From assembly GCA_965209055.1 (NCBI GenBank), contig OZ242374.1, positions 2,112,001 to 2,176,000 on the forward strand: 64,000 nt of DNA, written 5' to 3'. The notes beneath the pieces were generated by a model that searched no databases, was not told the origin of the DNA, and saw only the letters and a list, made by a program, of their open reading frames with translations. Made by a program: the position numbers and the translations under genes. The stretch's first letter is position 1, and each line of letters begins with the position of its first letter. Of the stretch, positions 1 through 10,730 are shown in pieces. This stretch comes from Acidobacteriota bacterium (lineage in GTDB: Bacteria > Acidobacteriota > UBA6911 > RPQK01 > JAJDTT01).

Positions 1-179
1 CGAACAGGCCGCGTCGTAAAGGTCATGCGTTCCCCGGTGCTGTCCGTCAGCGAGAAGGTGGAGGACACCGACGTGGCGGCGGGTGTCTGGATGCTCCCCG
101 GCTGCGAGGTCGCGGTTGGCGTTGGCGTGGTGCACCCCGCCAGCAGCAGCAGAACCCAGCCTGGGATTGCGTACTTCAT
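1..179 (-). CDS. ABC transporter substrate-binding lipoprotein (Fe-siderophore/cobalamin type), runs off window edge
   Basis: Not in the ORF track. ATG at 179 follows GAGAGAGGT; reads MKYAIPGWVLLLLAGC (lipobox), a P/T/S-rich linker, then TDSTGERMTFTTRPVR, the typical start of class III binding proteins. Confidence 0.7.
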   Translation of the reverse strand, partial: MKYAIPGWVLLLLAGCTTPTPTATSQPGSIQTPAATSVSSTFSLTDSTGERMTFTTRPV

Positions 180-277
180 AACACCTCTCTCCTGCGTGCT
201 TGCTTGATCGGTCGGCTGCAGGCTCGGCTTCTTCGTGTTCCGGCCCCGTAGCTTGGTCACAGTTCGGTCGCTCTTGG

Positions 278-381
278 TCACAAGGGAATGGCCCGCTGTT
301 GGAAGACGCCCAGGTCCGCGTACACACCCCCGGCGGCGAGCAGGGAGTTATGTGGGCTTCCCGGCAGGTGTCGCTCGTCAT
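278..381 (-). pseudogene. Stump of an ABC exporter (C-terminal tail only)
   Basis: Minus frame 367-278 reads LPGSPHNSLLAAGGVYADLGVFQQRAIPL*, resembling the G.H..LL...G.YA.L...Q tail of MsbA-type exporters. An out-of-frame ATG at 381 sits just after the upstream stop. Confidence 0.5.
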
Positions 382-385
382 CAGT

Positions 386-1249
386 TCACGAGACTGTTTC
401 GTCATTCGCAATTGAGGAGTGAGCGTGGCTCTGGAACCAATACAGGGGCCGCCCCCCGGCTCTTGCTACGCGTTCAACCCGCACCCCGAACACGGGCTCA
501 AGCACCTCCGGTAGCAGGACCGCCTCCACTGGCCCGGCCGCTTGGATGCGACCACCCTGCAACACGACGACGTGATCGCAATACTCCGCCGCCAGATTCA
601 CGTCATGGATCGACATGAGAGTGGTCACACCCACGCCACGGATGAGATCGAGAACTTCGAGTTGGTATCGGATGTCGAGGTGGTTGGTGGGCTCGTCGAG
701 GATCAGGACACGCGCCTCCTGCACGAGCGCGCGTGCGATCAGCGCCCGTTGTTTTTCTCCCCCGGACAGTGTACTGAAGGACCGAAGCGCCATCTCCACA
801 ATGCTCACGTGAGCAAGAGCTTCGTCGACGCGTGCGCGGTCCTCGGCGGACTCCCTGGCAAAGGCCGACTGGTGAGGGCTGCGTCCCATCGCAACCACTT
901 CCCTCACGGTGAACTCGAAATCGGACCGCGGCTCCTGCACCACTACGGCGATACGCCGGGCGGCCTCGGACGGCCTCAACTCCCACAGGTCGTCCTCGCC
1001 TACCACTACGCGTCCAAGTCGCGGACGCAGCACCCGGTAAACGGTGCGCAACAGCGTGGTCTTGCCGCTCCCATTCGGCCCGATGATACCCACCACTTGA
1101 CCAGCATCGACCTTCAGGCTGACCTCTGAGCAGATCTCCACGGAAGCCACTGCCACCGTCACCCCGGACAGTGACAGCGACAGCGGGGGCGGACCGGTAC
1201 CTGCAGCGGCTGGCTTAGTAGTGCCGAACTCCGGGTGATCACCGGGCAT
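386..1249 (-). CDS. Fe-siderophore/cobalamin ABC transporter ATP-binding protein (FepC/FecE-like)
   Basis: Walker A GPNGSGKT, signature LSGGEKQR, Walker B LILDEPTNHLD, H-loop HD. Confidence 0.93.
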   Translation of the reverse strand: MPGDHPEFGTTKPAAAGTGPPPLSLSLSGVTVAVASVEICSEVSLKVDAGQVVGIIGPNGSGKTTLLRTVYRVLRPRLGRVVVGEDDLWELRPSEAARRIAVVVQEPRSDFEFTVREVVAMGRSPHQSAFARESAEDRARVDEALAHVSIVEMALRSFSTLSGGEKQRALIARALVQEARVLILDEPTNHLDIRYQLEVLDLIRGVGVTTLMSIHDVNLAAEYCDHVVVLQGGRIQAAGPVEAVLLPEVLEPVFGVRVERVARAGGRPLYWFQSHAHSSIANDETVS

Positions 1250-2357
1250 GGTCAGATCCTCGCAGTCGGGATCGTAGGAGCAGGGCGAAGACCGGGGCGC
1301 CGACGAGCGCCGTGATCACCCCGATCGGCAACTCACGGGGCTGGATCACCAGCCGCGCGAGCACATCTGACCAGAGCAGGAAGAGCGCCCCAACGAGGGC
1401 TGCCAGCGGAAGGACCCGGCGATGGTCGGAGCCCACCACCATCCGCGCCGCGTGCGGAATGACGAGCCCCACGAACCCGACCCCGCCGGCCAGCGCGACC
1501 GACGTGCCAGTAAGGAGTGCAACGACCACGAACAAAACGCGACGCAGCCGGTCCGGCGACACCCCCATGCTCGTCGCGGTCTCATCGCCAAAGAGGAGCA
1601 GGTTCAATGGGCGGGCTTGGGCCAGGAGATATACCAGCCCGGCGGCGAGCAGGATCGCCGGTAGCCCGAGCTGATCCCACCGCGCGCCGCCCAGCGCGCC
1701 GAGCATCCAGAAGAGCGCGACGCGCGCCGTCTGATTATGCTCGCTGATGAAGATAAGCATACTGGTCAGGGCAGCGAACAGGTAGCTCACCGCGATTCCG
1801 GCCAGCACCAGCCGTAATGGGCTGAGGCCACCCGCCGAGTGCGCCAAAAGGAAAGCCAGTCCGTAACCGACGAGGCCACCCGCGAAGGCGGCAACCGACA
1901 GCGTGTAGATCCCAAAGAAGGCCCAGCCGAGTACAATGACGCTCACTGCTCCGGCCGCGGCTCCTGAGGTCCCGCCGAGGATTGTCGGGTCCGCCAGTGG
2001 GTTACGCACCATCGCCTGTAGCACTGTGCCAACTACGGCGAGTGTTCCCCCGACCAGCACGGCGAGGAGCGCGCGCGGGAGGCGTATGTGCCACACGATC
2101 CGCTCGTGAGCTGCCGGCCAGTTGACCGATACCAGGTCTGGCCAGAACTGGTAAATTCCGATCCGCCAAGCCGTCGCCTGGGAGATGTCCGCTGGCCCCA
2201 GGGTCACTGCCAGCATGATCGACGCGGCCAGTGCAACGCAGAGACCCCCCAACACTGCGGCGAAGCCGAGTCCGACCAGACCGCGAGGGCGCGCGACGCC
2301 TCCCGGTGAACGCTTTGCGCCGGAGCGGATCAGCCTGTTCATCAATGACGACCTCAT
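1239..2357 (-). CDS. FecCD-family ABC transporter permease
   Basis: IVWHIRLPRALLA, RNPLADP, LLFGDETATSMG, IGVITALVGAP motifs. The ATG at 2357 overlaps the upstream TGA (ATGA). Confidence 0.92.
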   Translation of the reverse strand: MRSSLMNRLIRSGAKRSPGGVARPRGLVGLGFAAVLGGLCVALAASIMLAVTLGPADISQATAWRIGIYQFWPDLVSVNWPAAHERIVWHIRLPRALLAVLVGGTLAVVGTVLQAMVRNPLADPTILGGTSGAAAGAVSVIVLGWAFFGIYTLSVAAFAGGLVGYGLAFLLAHSAGGLSPLRLVLAGIAVSYLFAALTSMLIFISEHNQTARVALFWMLGALGGARWDQLGLPAILLAAGLVYLLAQARPLNLLLFGDETATSMGVSPDRLRRVLFVVVALLTGTSVALAGGVGFVGLVIPHAARMVVGSDHRRVLPLAALVGALFLLWSDVLARLVIQPRELPIGVITALVGAPVFALLLRSRLRGSDHAR

Positions 2358-3110
2358 ATTGTCGCCACTGCTCCCTCGTCGCGGGTACCGAGGCTGTGCC
2401 CGACAAGGATGGACACCCCCGTCGAAAGAGCCCAAATCACAGTCCAGAGGATCTGCTGTACGTTTGTGACGACCTGCCTCCCGGCGATGACCGACGTGCC
2501 TAGCGAGGCGACGATCCTTAGCACGAGGACGTTGTTCATGTAATTCAGGAAGAGCATGGCGGTCTCAGGCCAACCGATCGACCAGAGCCGTGGAAGCACC
2601 CACTGGGACTGGCGCAGGTGCCCGACACGGAACAGCTCGTACGTACTCCGGAACCGTCCCCAGACGAACTGCCCCATGTAGACGCATCCCACGGCTACGG
2701 AGATTGGCGTTCCTACGCCAGCGCCCAGTAGCCCCCCAACCGACTACGAACATCAGGACGTAGTTGAGGGGGATGTTTATCGCGTTGACCAGAAACGTCA
2801 TGCGCATAACCACGCTGGTCTCCCCCATGCTGGCGTAGACGGCGCGGAACATGGCCTTTGCCGCGGCGAGTATTGCGGCGAATGCGAGCACCCGGAGATA
2901 AGGCGCGCCCTCAGCCCGCACGGCCTCGCTCCCTCCGAACACGGCGAAAAGCGAGTTCGCTCCGATGCTCAACACGAGCAGCACTATGAGGCCAGCACCG
3001 ACGCCGAGCAAGATCTGGGAGAGGTTCGCGACGCCGATCGGGTAGCTCAAGGCGAAGACGCGCCTAAGGGTGCCTCCCTTGGCTTGTTGATACAGTGCTC
3101 GTGGTTTCAT
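2354..3110 (-). pseudogene. MATE-family efflux transporter, frameshifted and truncated
   Basis: Two overlapping frames (2565-3110, 2354-2692) carry MATE motifs (LSYPIGVANLSQ, GAPYLRV, NAINIPLNYVLMF, IGWP, SILVGHSLG). About 250 codons in total versus about 450 typical. Confidence 0.8.
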
Positions 3111-3176
3111 CCAAAGGCGGTGAGTGCGCCGACGCTGGGATGACTGGGGTCTCTTCCCGGCGGCGATTGCCGCACA

Positions 3177-4286
3177 TTAGCGGGCGGCGTTCACACGGCG
3201 CACCGCCGTCGCTACCTTAATGAGGCCGTCAAGGTTCTGTGGTCCGGGTACGCTCTGAAGGAACGTCAGCGTCATGTATTGACCGTTCACGACCGCCGAC
3301 ATTCCGGACAGAGCCGGGTTGGACTCCAAGAACGTCCGGTTCGCATCCGTTCCGCCAAAGCCGTAGTCGACGAGTATGATCAACTCCGGGTCGCCGTCGA
3401 CGACGGCTTCCCACTCCACGGTGCCCCATGTACCGCTCACATCCGAGAGGATGTTCACCCCGCCGGCGCGGCTTATGATGTCCGACATCACGGAGCCCGC
3501 GAGCGCCGTGAACGGAGTCTCTTTACCCGAGTCGAAGTAGAAAACACGGACCGGCTCACCCGCCGGGAGCGCCGCGGTGACCTCTGCGATCTGCTGCTCC
3601 CACGACGCGATGAGTTCCTCTCCGCGGTCCTCGACGTCGAAGATCTGCGCTATGGCTCGCACGTCCTCAATCATCACCTCAAGGGTGACGTTGTCGGTGA
3701 AGTTTGGACAGGCCTCCGTGAACGAGAAGCTGTGCACTTCAGCGTCGCGTAGGTTCTGTCTCGTGAGGCCTGCACTTTCGTTGAAGCCGTAGCTGAACAC
3801 CAGGTCGGGCCCGGGGGCGAGAACCGCCTCCAGTGAGGGGTACGGGAAGCTGCCACCTAGGCGTTCGACCAGAGCCGCACGGGTTTGGTGCTGGGGCTGA
3901 AGCCGGTCAGGGGCGCCACCGAAGTAGCCGATGACGTGGTTCTGCAACCCGAGCGCCACCAGAACCTCAAGCGCGCTCGTGTCTTTGGCCACCACGCGCT
4001 GGGGGACTGCGTCGTAGACGGTCTCCGCACCGCAGTTGTTGATAGTAACGGCAGCCGGCTCGGGTGTGGCAGTGGCCGCAGGAATCTGGGTGGGGACGGT
4101 TGTCGCGGTCGTTTCGGGCGCGGGGGTAGCCGTCGGCGTCTCCTGGGGAGCCGCTGTCGGCTGTACTGTTGAAGCAACCGGCCGGGTGGAGGTTGCCATG
4201 TTCTCGCTTGTAGATGCCTCATCACCGCCGCAAGCGGCGACGAACAATAGCGTCAATGCAAGCATCCAGGAAAAGGTTGCCAGCAT
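3177..4286 (-). CDS. Fe-siderophore/cobalamin ABC transporter substrate-binding lipoprotein
   Basis: Lipobox VAAC-GG, P/T-rich linker, TINNCG...PQRVV, SLEAVLAPGPDLVF, GGVNI...WEAV...DPELI. The 5' end may be damaged (see findings). Confidence 0.88.
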   Translation of the reverse strand: MLATFSWMLALTLLFVAACGGDEASTSENMATSTRPVASTVQPTAAPQETPTATPAPETTATTVPTQIPAATATPEPAAVTINNCGAETVYDAVPQRVVAKDTSALEVLVALGLQNHVIGYFGGAPDRLQPQHQTRAALVERLGGSFPYPSLEAVLAPGPDLVFSYGFNESAGLTRQNLRDAEVHSFSFTEACPNFTDNVTLEVMIEDVRAIAQIFDVEDRGEELIASWEQQIAEVTAALPAGEPVRVFYFDSGKETPFTALAGSVMSDIISRAGGVNILSDVSGTWGTVEWEAVVDGDPELIILVDYGFGGTDANRTFLESNPALSGMSAVVNGQYMTLTFLQSVPGPQNLDGLIKVATAVRRVNAAR

Positions 4287-4469
4287 TGGCTTCGTCTGTG
4301 GTCTGAGTCGTGCCTGAGGTCTGATTGTGAGTCATCCTTTCCTTAGTAGATTGGGACTGTCTGATCCGTTTACGTTATCAACTTGGCTGAGAATGCGCCT
4401 TTGCGCCAATCGAGGGCGCGCTGGCGAACCAGCCAGTGCTGGCGGTAGCGACATCTTGACAACCGAGTC

Positions 4470-5351
4470 AAGCCCATCGTCGCCAGCGCCGCCTGCCTCC
4501 TGATCGAACGGGGCCTTCTGGAACTGGACCAGCCCCTTCAGGAAATCATCCCGGAAATCGCGGAAGAGCAGAACGGAATCCGCCTCATCCACCTCATGAC
4601 CCACACCTCCGGTTTCGGCTCCATCCCCCGTAACCAGGAATTCCGGGCTACTCGTCAACCCCTGGACCGGTTCCTCCGCGAGATGTTCAAGCGGAGGGAG
4701 TTCGACTTCGCACCCGGAACCGGAGTCAAGTACTGCAACGCCGGCTTTCTCCTCTTGAGCGAAGCGATCTCCCGTACCAGTGGCATGTCCACGCCGGATT
4801 TCCTGGAAAAGGAGTTCTTCCGGCCCTTGGACATGCCAGACTCTTTCCTGGGCCGGACCGATCAGGACCGGAGCCGGATCTCCGACTGTGTCCTGCCCCC
4901 CGAACTGGCGGCGGCGGTCAGCAATTGGAACACCGACTATTTCCACCGGCTGGCCAACCTCTGGGGCGGGATCTTCTCCACGGTGCGCGACTACAGCCGG
5001 TTTCTCCAGATGCTCCTCAACGGCGGAGAGTACCGGGGAGTTCGCGTCTTCAGCCCGGCCACAGTCCGGATGATGACCGGCAACCGGATCCCGCGGCTTC
5101 CCGGTCTGAGCCAGGCTCACCGGATCGCCTACGCCAAGGGGCTGGGCTGGCAACTGCGGGACAACGGAGACTTCCAATCCATGGGAAGCCTGGTCTCGCC
5201 GCGGGCCTTCGGCCACTATGGCGTGACGGGCTGCTCGGTGTGGGCCGACCCGGAGACCGGCCTCTTCATGACCCTGTTCAGCAACAAGCCGTACAGCGAC
5301 CGGGAGCTGGGGACCGTCTCCAACGCCGTCGCCGCCTCACTGGTGGGATAG
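4470..5351 (+). pseudogene. Beta-lactamase-fold (class C-like) serine hydrolase lacking its N-terminus and catalytic Ser
   Basis: Frame reads KPIVASAACLLIERGLLELDQP...LMTHTSG...YCN...FGHYG. The K at 4470 corresponds to the SxxK Lys, but upstream codons are unrelated with an in-frame TAG at 4446. Confidence 0.75.
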
Positions 5352-5370
5352 CCCACAGGATTCGCGGCGC

Positions 5371-6720
5371 CTACTGCGATGTGCCGCCCCGACCCTGCTG
5401 CGGGAGCTGCGAATAGGCTCTTTGGATCGCCGTCACCAGGGCGTGGCCGGGCCCCAGGCTCCGCTTGCCGATCTCCAGGGCCTCCCGGAGGAGCGGCTCT
5501 GCTTCCGCGTACCGTTGCTGGTCACGATAGAGGAAGCCCAGGTTCCCGAGACTCCAGGCCACCTGGGGATGTCCCGGCGCCAGAGCCTTTCTGGAAATCT
5601 CCAGAGACTGTTTGAAGAGGGGTTCGGCCTGGGCGAGCTTCCCCTGCGCCCGAAAGAGCTCGGCCAGGCCGCCGAGGCTCCGGGCCACGTCGGGATGCTG
5701 CGGTCCCAGGACCTTCTCGTAGATGGCGATGGCCCTCCGATAAAGGGGCTCGGCCTCGCCGTACCTGCCCTGGACTCGATGGAGTTCGGCCAGGGAGAAG
5801 AGGCTGGGAGCCGTCTGAAGGTGTTCCGGTCCCAGGATCTTTTCGTAGATGGCCAGGGCCTGCCGGTAGTAGGGCTCGGCCCGATCCGGTTTCCCCTGGA
5901 TCCGGTGCAGGTCGGCCAGATTTTCCAGACCCGCCGCGACTTGACGGTTCTCCCCTCCCAGCGCCTTCCGGTAGATTCCGATGGCCCGGTTGTAGAGAGC
6001 TTCAGCTTGGGCGTACCGGTGCTGATGCCGGTGCAGGAACGCCAAGTTGTTGAGGCTGGTGGCCACGTCGGGATGCTCCGGTCCCAGTTCCTTTTCGACG
6101 ATGGCCAAGGCCCGGGTGTAGAGCCCTTCCGCCTTGGAATAGTCCCCCTGGGCCCGGTGGATCAGCGCCAGGTTGTTGAGGCTGGCGGCCACGTCCGGAT
6201 GCTCCGGCCCCAGAACCCGCTCGTAGATGTCCAGCGCCCTCTGGTAGAGGGGTTCGGCCTCGGCGTAGTTGCGTTGCTCCCGTTGAATTTCGGCCAGGTC
6301 GAAGAGGCTGGTGGCCCGGACCAGGCTCTGTTCCTTGTCCTCGTTCCAGGGGTTGTCGCCGCCGCCTGCGGCTCCCAGCAACTCGGCGATCACCTTGTGG
6401 CCGGCGGCTTCCGCCATCGCCTTGGCCGTCATGCCGGTCGAGTCGGCGGCTCCCACCTCGGACCCGGCGTCGATCAGGAACAGGACCGTCTCCCGGTGGC
6501 CGTTGGCCGCCGCCAGCATCAAGGGTGTCCGGCCCTGGTCGTCCCGCGCGTTCAGATCGGCTCCTGCGCCGGTCAACACCTTGACGATGGCCGTCTGTCC
6601 CTTCCCGGCCATATTCAGGAGATCCTGGTCGAAACTGGACTGGGGGAGCACCCAAGTGGATGCCAGAAGTAGAAGAAGCGCCGTTCCCGGCCGTATTGCC
6701 AATCTCCGCATCGTGCCCAC
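5371..6720 (-). CDS. Secreted ankyrin + tetratricopeptide (42-aa KLC-type TPR) repeat protein
   Basis: Signal-like N-terminus (alternative ATG 6711), ankyrin GRTPLMLAAANGH, about 7 repeats of EAEPLY.RAL.I.E..LGPEHPDVA.SLNNLA. Confidence 0.9.
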   Translation of the reverse strand: MGTMRRLAIRPGTALLLLLASTWVLPQSSFDQDLLNMAGKGQTAIVKVLTGAGADLNARDDQGRTPLMLAAANGHRETVLFLIDAGSEVGAADSTGMTAKAMAEAAGHKVIAELLGAAGGGDNPWNEDKEQSLVRATSLFDLAEIQREQRNYAEAEPLYQRALDIYERVLGPEHPDVAASLNNLALIHRAQGDYSKAEGLYTRALAIVEKELGPEHPDVATSLNNLAFLHRHQHRYAQAEALYNRAIGIYRKALGGENRQVAAGLENLADLHRIQGKPDRAEPYYRQALAIYEKILGPEHLQTAPSLFSLAELHRVQGRYGEAEPLYRRAIAIYEKVLGPQHPDVARSLGGLAELFRAQGKLAQAEPLFKQSLEISRKALAPGHPQVAWSLGNLGFLYRDQQRYAEAEPLLREALEIGKRSLGPGHALVTAIQRAYSQLPQQGRGGTSQ

Positions 6721-7650
6721 TCAGTCTACCGCTTCAAGAGCGTGCAACAACCTCTCCGCCACTCGGCGGCAGGTGTTCCGGGCGGCCCAGCGGAATGCTC
6801 CTTGCTGGAGTTGAGCGTACTCCCCGTTACGCCGGACCTCCTCGATCTTCTCCTGCAGTTCACCGGCGGATTCGAAGGCCAGAACGTTCTCTCCGTCGAC
6901 CAGGCCGTGGGGCGCGCACCGGCGCGGCTTGCGGCTCAGGCGGAAAAAACAGGGGACCGTGTGATTGGCGGCGATCTCGTAGTGCCGCTGGCATTCCCAG
7001 CCCATCTTCTTCATGGTGACCGCGTACCGGGAACGGGCCAGGTCCCGGTAGTAGTCCTCCTCCTTTTCGAACAGATAGGACTTCCGGCAGTGCCTGCGAA
7101 TGACCTCCAACTCGTACGCCTCCTCGCACTGGACGTGCCGGGCGAAGACCTGGTCCTTCTCCAGGGGCCGGGTCCGAAGCTTGGATCCGGGGATGGAAAA
7201 GTTGATCCTTCGGGAGCGAGGGAGAGGAAGCGGCAACCTGATCTCCCGCTTGAAGTAGCGGCCGTAAGGAAGGGCCGGCAGGTAAGTCCGCTTGTGGTCC
7301 TCGCCGTCCAGGAACCCCACCCGGCGGAAACCGCGGCGCAGGTAACGCCTCGCGCGGAATTCCCGGAACTCCCGCTGTTGGCGCCAGATGTTGCCGAAGA
7401 TCAGCGTCTCGAACTCGCCGTCTTCGATCCGCCGGTTCAGGTCCCCCCGATCCAATTGGATGTCGTCCAGCAGCTTCCAGACGGTGAATCCCCGGCCGTA
7501 GAGCTCCCCGCGGGGGACCGGGCAGTTCCGGTACAGGACGCTCTTTCGGGGATAGTCTAGAACCTGCGCCCCCAGTGACTGCCGCAGTCCCAGCAGGATC
7601 TGGTCCTGGAGGTAATCTTCGCCCGGAGATGTGAGATAGAGGACTCTCAT
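6721..7650 (-). CDS. Putative glycosyltransferase (GT-B-like)
   Basis: ATG 7650 MRVLYL...; C-terminal YYRDLARSRYAVTMKKMGWECQRHYEIAA..VP and LVDGENVLAF. The longer track ORF is an upstream shadow extension. Confidence 0.65.
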   Translation of the reverse strand: MRVLYLTSPGEDYLQDQILLGLRQSLGAQVLDYPRKSVLYRNCPVPRGELYGRGFTVWKLLDDIQLDRGDLNRRIEDGEFETLIFGNIWRQQREFREFRARRYLRRGFRRVGFLDGEDHKRTYLPALPYGRYFKREIRLPLPLPRSRRINFSIPGSKLRTRPLEKDQVFARHVQCEEAYELEVIRRHCRKSYLFEKEEDYYRDLARSRYAVTMKKMGWECQRHYEIAANHTVPCFFRLSRKPRRCAPHGLVDGENVLAFESAGELQEKIEEVRRNGEYAQLQQGAFRWAARNTCRRVAERLLHALEAVD

Positions 7651-7688
7651 GCCCGACTTGAGGCACCGGCCCCGGTGAGCGACGCGGG

Positions 7689-8591
7689 TTACAGCCAGCG
7701 GGTGTACTGCCGGACGATGTCGATGCCCACCAGCTCGCTGTACGCTTCCTGAAGCTGCTGCGTCACCGGTCCCGGGATCCGGCCCGAGCCCACGACAGAC
7801 CCGTTGATGGTCGAGATCGGACAGACGCACCAACTGGTGGAGGTGATGAAGACCTCGTCCGCCGCGTAGGCGTCGTACAGGTCGATGTCCATTTGACGGA
7901 CCGGCAGATTCAGGGTTTCGGCCAGCTCGAACGTCACATTCCGGCTGATGCCGGCCAGGACGAACCGGTCCCGGGGAGTGGCCAGCTCGCCGTCCCGGAC
8001 GATGAAGATGTTGCTGCCCAGCCCCTCGCAGAGGTTGCCGTCCAGGTCCAGGAGAATGGAGAGGGCCTGGGGGTCCGCCGCCTTCACCTCCAGGTCGCCC
8101 ATCACCAGGTTCAGGTAGTTGTGGGTCTTGGCCCGCGGGCTCATGGACTCGGGCGGGGTCCGCCGCACCGAGGGGGTCCGGATCGGCAGTCCGTCCCGGA
8201 AGAAACGGGAGCGTTGCAGGAAGGGGAGGGGCAGGCAGTCGACGATCACCGTGGGATCGAATCCCCCGTCCCCGCCGGGTGTGCCCCGGGTGACCCGCTG
8301 AGTCACCCAATAGTCGTCCTCGGGGTCCAGCAGGGGCAGGTTGGCCTCCAGCACCTGCATGGTCAACTCCGCCAACCGGTCCCGGCTCATGCCCGGATCG
8401 ATGCGGGTGTAGCGGAGGGAGTCGAAGAGCCGGTCCAGGTGCTCGTCCAGACGGAAGATCTTGTGTCCGAAGGTCCGGGTCGTGTCGAACACGGCGTCGC
8501 CCCGGACGAAGCCGTGGTCGTGGATGGAGACGCTGGCCTCGCTCTCGGGGACGATCCGGCCGTTCACATACGCCACTCTTTCCTGATTCAT
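7689..8591 (-). CDS. Class IV PLP aminotransferase (branched-chain/D-amino acid type)
   Basis: AYVNG, DHGFVRGDAVFD, RLDEHLDRL, catalytic AKTHNY, EGLGSNIF, LAGISR, ADEVFITST. Confidence 0.92.
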   Translation of the reverse strand: MNQERVAYVNGRIVPESEASVSIHDHGFVRGDAVFDTTRTFGHKIFRLDEHLDRLFDSLRYTRIDPGMSRDRLAELTMQVLEANLPLLDPEDDYWVTQRVTRGTPGGDGGFDPTVIVDCLPLPFLQRSRFFRDGLPIRTPSVRRTPPESMSPRAKTHNYLNLVMGDLEVKAADPQALSILLDLDGNLCEGLGSNIFIVRDGELATPRDRFVLAGISRNVTFELAETLNLPVRQMDIDLYDAYAADEVFITSTSWCVCPISTINGSVVGSGRIPGPVTQQLQEAYSELVGIDIVRQYTRWL

Positions 8592-8807
8592 GGGAGAAAT
8601 GGAAACACATGACCGGGATACTGGCAACCAATCGCGCGACTCCCGGAATTTTTGCCCGCTGCGCGTTCCTGTCGTTGCGGAAAAACTTTCCCCGAAAAGT
8701 GGCCAAGGCGAGGGTTCGCGGCGTAAAATGGAGTTCCCTGCAACCCGCCCGCGGCAGTTACTCGGCGGGCAAAAACACTCGACAGCGGAGTCTTCAGGAG
8801 GAATCGC

Positions 8808-10148
<1,341 letters not shown>

Positions 10149-10223
10149 GCTCGCCGGACGCCGTCAAGTCCTCAAGTGCTCCATCTCCAGGCTGCCATCT
10201 TTCCTGAGTTGCTCCATCCGGAG

Positions 10224-10308
10224 TTACCAGATGGTATCGGCGCCGAGCGCTCCGATCTCCGAGTCAGGAGTCGCAACGGGGAGCGTTTCGATCAGGCTCT
10301 GGGCAGCT
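10224..10308 (-). pseudogene. C-terminal stump of a PIN (VapC) toxin
   Basis: Directly after the antitoxin stop: AAQSLIETLPVATPDSEIGALGADTIW*, the typical PIN-toxin tail. The rest of the gene is absent. Confidence 0.7.
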
Positions 10309-10548
10309 TTATTCGAGGCCTTCCCAAGCTGCCAGATCCGCCTCGTCGAGCGGGTCGAAGACCGAATCCGGTATTTCACCGTCTCGATCGCGATAGCGCC
10401 CGAGCACTCGCTGTGGCGGCGGGTCCAACGGCACGAGGCGGGCGCACGGCTTCCCCGCCTTGGCAATCACAATCTCCTCGCCTGCGCGCACACGTTCGAG
10501 AAGGCGGGAGAGTTGGGTCTTGGCTTCGTGGATGTTCACTAGATCCAT
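10309..10548 (-). CDS. Phd/YefM-family antitoxin
   Basis: VNIHEAKTQLSRLLERVRAGEEIVIAKAGKPCARLVP. Confidence 0.92.
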   Translation of the reverse strand: MDLVNIHEAKTQLSRLLERVRAGEEIVIAKAGKPCARLVPLDPPPQRVLGRYRDRDGEIPDSVFDPLDEADLAAWEGLE

Positions 10549-10599
10549 CAGATTTCCAGAATAGTCCGTGATTGGTGCTTAGTGAGCTAACTCCAGTGT

Positions 10600-10730
10600 C
10601 ATAGGCGCGGGGGCATTTCTGCCCCGTCTTCAACGCCGACCCACTGCTCGACGCTCGCCTGCTATGCCGGATCGGATGCATCGTGCCGATAAACGAATAC
10701 GTTGCTGTCAACCAAGACCGCGCCGGTCAT
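10600..10730 (-). pseudogene. PIN (VapC) toxin N-terminal remnant with nonsense codon
   Basis: ATG 10730 overlaps the antitoxin end: MTGAVLVDSNVFVYRHDASDPA then TAG at 10662-10664. The frame decays soon after. Confidence 0.7.

Noticed and set aside
4287-4470. Cobalamin riboswitch or Fur/DtxR box upstream of the ABC operon
   Set aside because: No B12-box elements recognised. GTTATCA-N7-TGAGAAT is only a weak inverted repeat with the wrong geometry for a Fur box.
7651-8706. 661-aa version of the glycosyltransferase
   Set aside because: The upstream part overlaps the aminotransferase in another frame and is low-complexity Arg/Pro/Gly.
10149-10223. att duplication of the tRNA-Asn 3' end
   Set aside because: Only a 6-bp match (TCCTCA) was seen, which is not significant.
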